NCBI RefSeq assembly: GCF_006345805.1
Contig: NC_042998.1
Coordinates: 37,448,001-37,481,000, forward strand
Source: Octopus sinensis
Taxonomy: Eukaryota
DNA length: 33,000 nucleotides
Direction: 5' to 3'
Part shown: positions 32,561 to 33,000 of the stretch, in pieces
Numbering within the stretch: the first letter of the stretch is position 1
Layout: every line of letters starts with the position of its first letter
Translations under genes and position numbers: made by a program
The notes under the pieces: model-generated
Seen by the model: the letters and a program-made list of their open reading frames with translations, nothing else
Databases searched by the model: none
What the model was told of the DNA's origin: nothing

Positions 32561-32677
32561 TTAGTCGGTAGAAGACTGGCACCCCGAGTGAGGCATTGTA
32601 CACCTCGAGGTCTGACGCGAAATTCGCCACGGACTGGACACCTGATCTGTCTAGGAATTTCCAACCGTGTAAAAATT
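32561..32677 (-). CDS. Candidate internal coding exon of an unidentified host gene (117 nt)
   Basis: CpG-rich island in AT-rich DNA. About 75-nt AG-free pyrimidine-rich run ending ...tttgcaag|, donor |gtaata, length divisible by 3. Open as (x)FLHGWKFLDRSGVQSVANFASDLEVYNASLGVPVFYRL (phase 1-1) or IFTRLEIPRQIRCPVRGEF... (phase 2-2). No family recognised. Confidence 0.3.
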
Positions 32678-33000
32678 CTTGCAAATGACAAAACGCATTG
32701 GAAAGCGGAAAGCGAGTGAAACATTTCGGACAAGATAACGAAAAACAATTTATAGTCTAAGAATTTATCAGGTCAATATTCTGCCCAGGTTATTGGCATA
32801 CAAAACAATACACTTTGCGTATTGATTGCAACACCTACAAATCTCCATTTTCTAAGTTCCCCATAAACTTCTGTACATCATGAAACTTTGAATTTATTCA
32901 AGAACTGCATTTTGTATGATGCCTATAGCTAATCTTAGTATTTCTAATTGTCTTCAAGTGTTATATCCCTTCTAAACAGAAGCAAAGATGGTTTATATAC

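Overview
AT-rich eukaryotic non-coding DNA, most likely intronic or intergenic sequence from a coleoid cephalopod (Octopus-like). That is inferred from the dense (AT)n, (CA)n and (AAT)n microsatellites and the SINE families present. No intact protein-coding gene, rRNA, true tRNA gene or CRISPR array is supported; most entries in the ORF track are microsatellite read-throughs or transposon debris. Roughly 1-14 kb is dominated by tRNA-derived SINEs in dinucleotide microsatellites, plus an internally deleted DD37D (maT-type) Tc1/mariner element, followed by an L1/Tx1-like remnant at 14-15.5 kb. Roughly 15.6-30 kb is a graveyard of about nine R4/Dong-like (restriction-like endonuclease) non-LTR retrotransposon fragments tied to (TAA)n arrays, interrupted by a Chapaev-type (CMC) transposase remnant. 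The most interesting signals are: (i) a strand-concordant, multi-family chain of (TAA)n-associated retroelements, including a ~460-490 bp headless non-coding passenger present twice; (ii) SINEs showing head/tail module swapping, with tail-dependent insertion context; (iii) a few isolated splice-flanked, CpG-rich segments that could be exons of an unidentified host gene (best: 32561-32677, minus strand). All family assignments come from motif recognition by eye, not database searches, and most boundaries are approximate.
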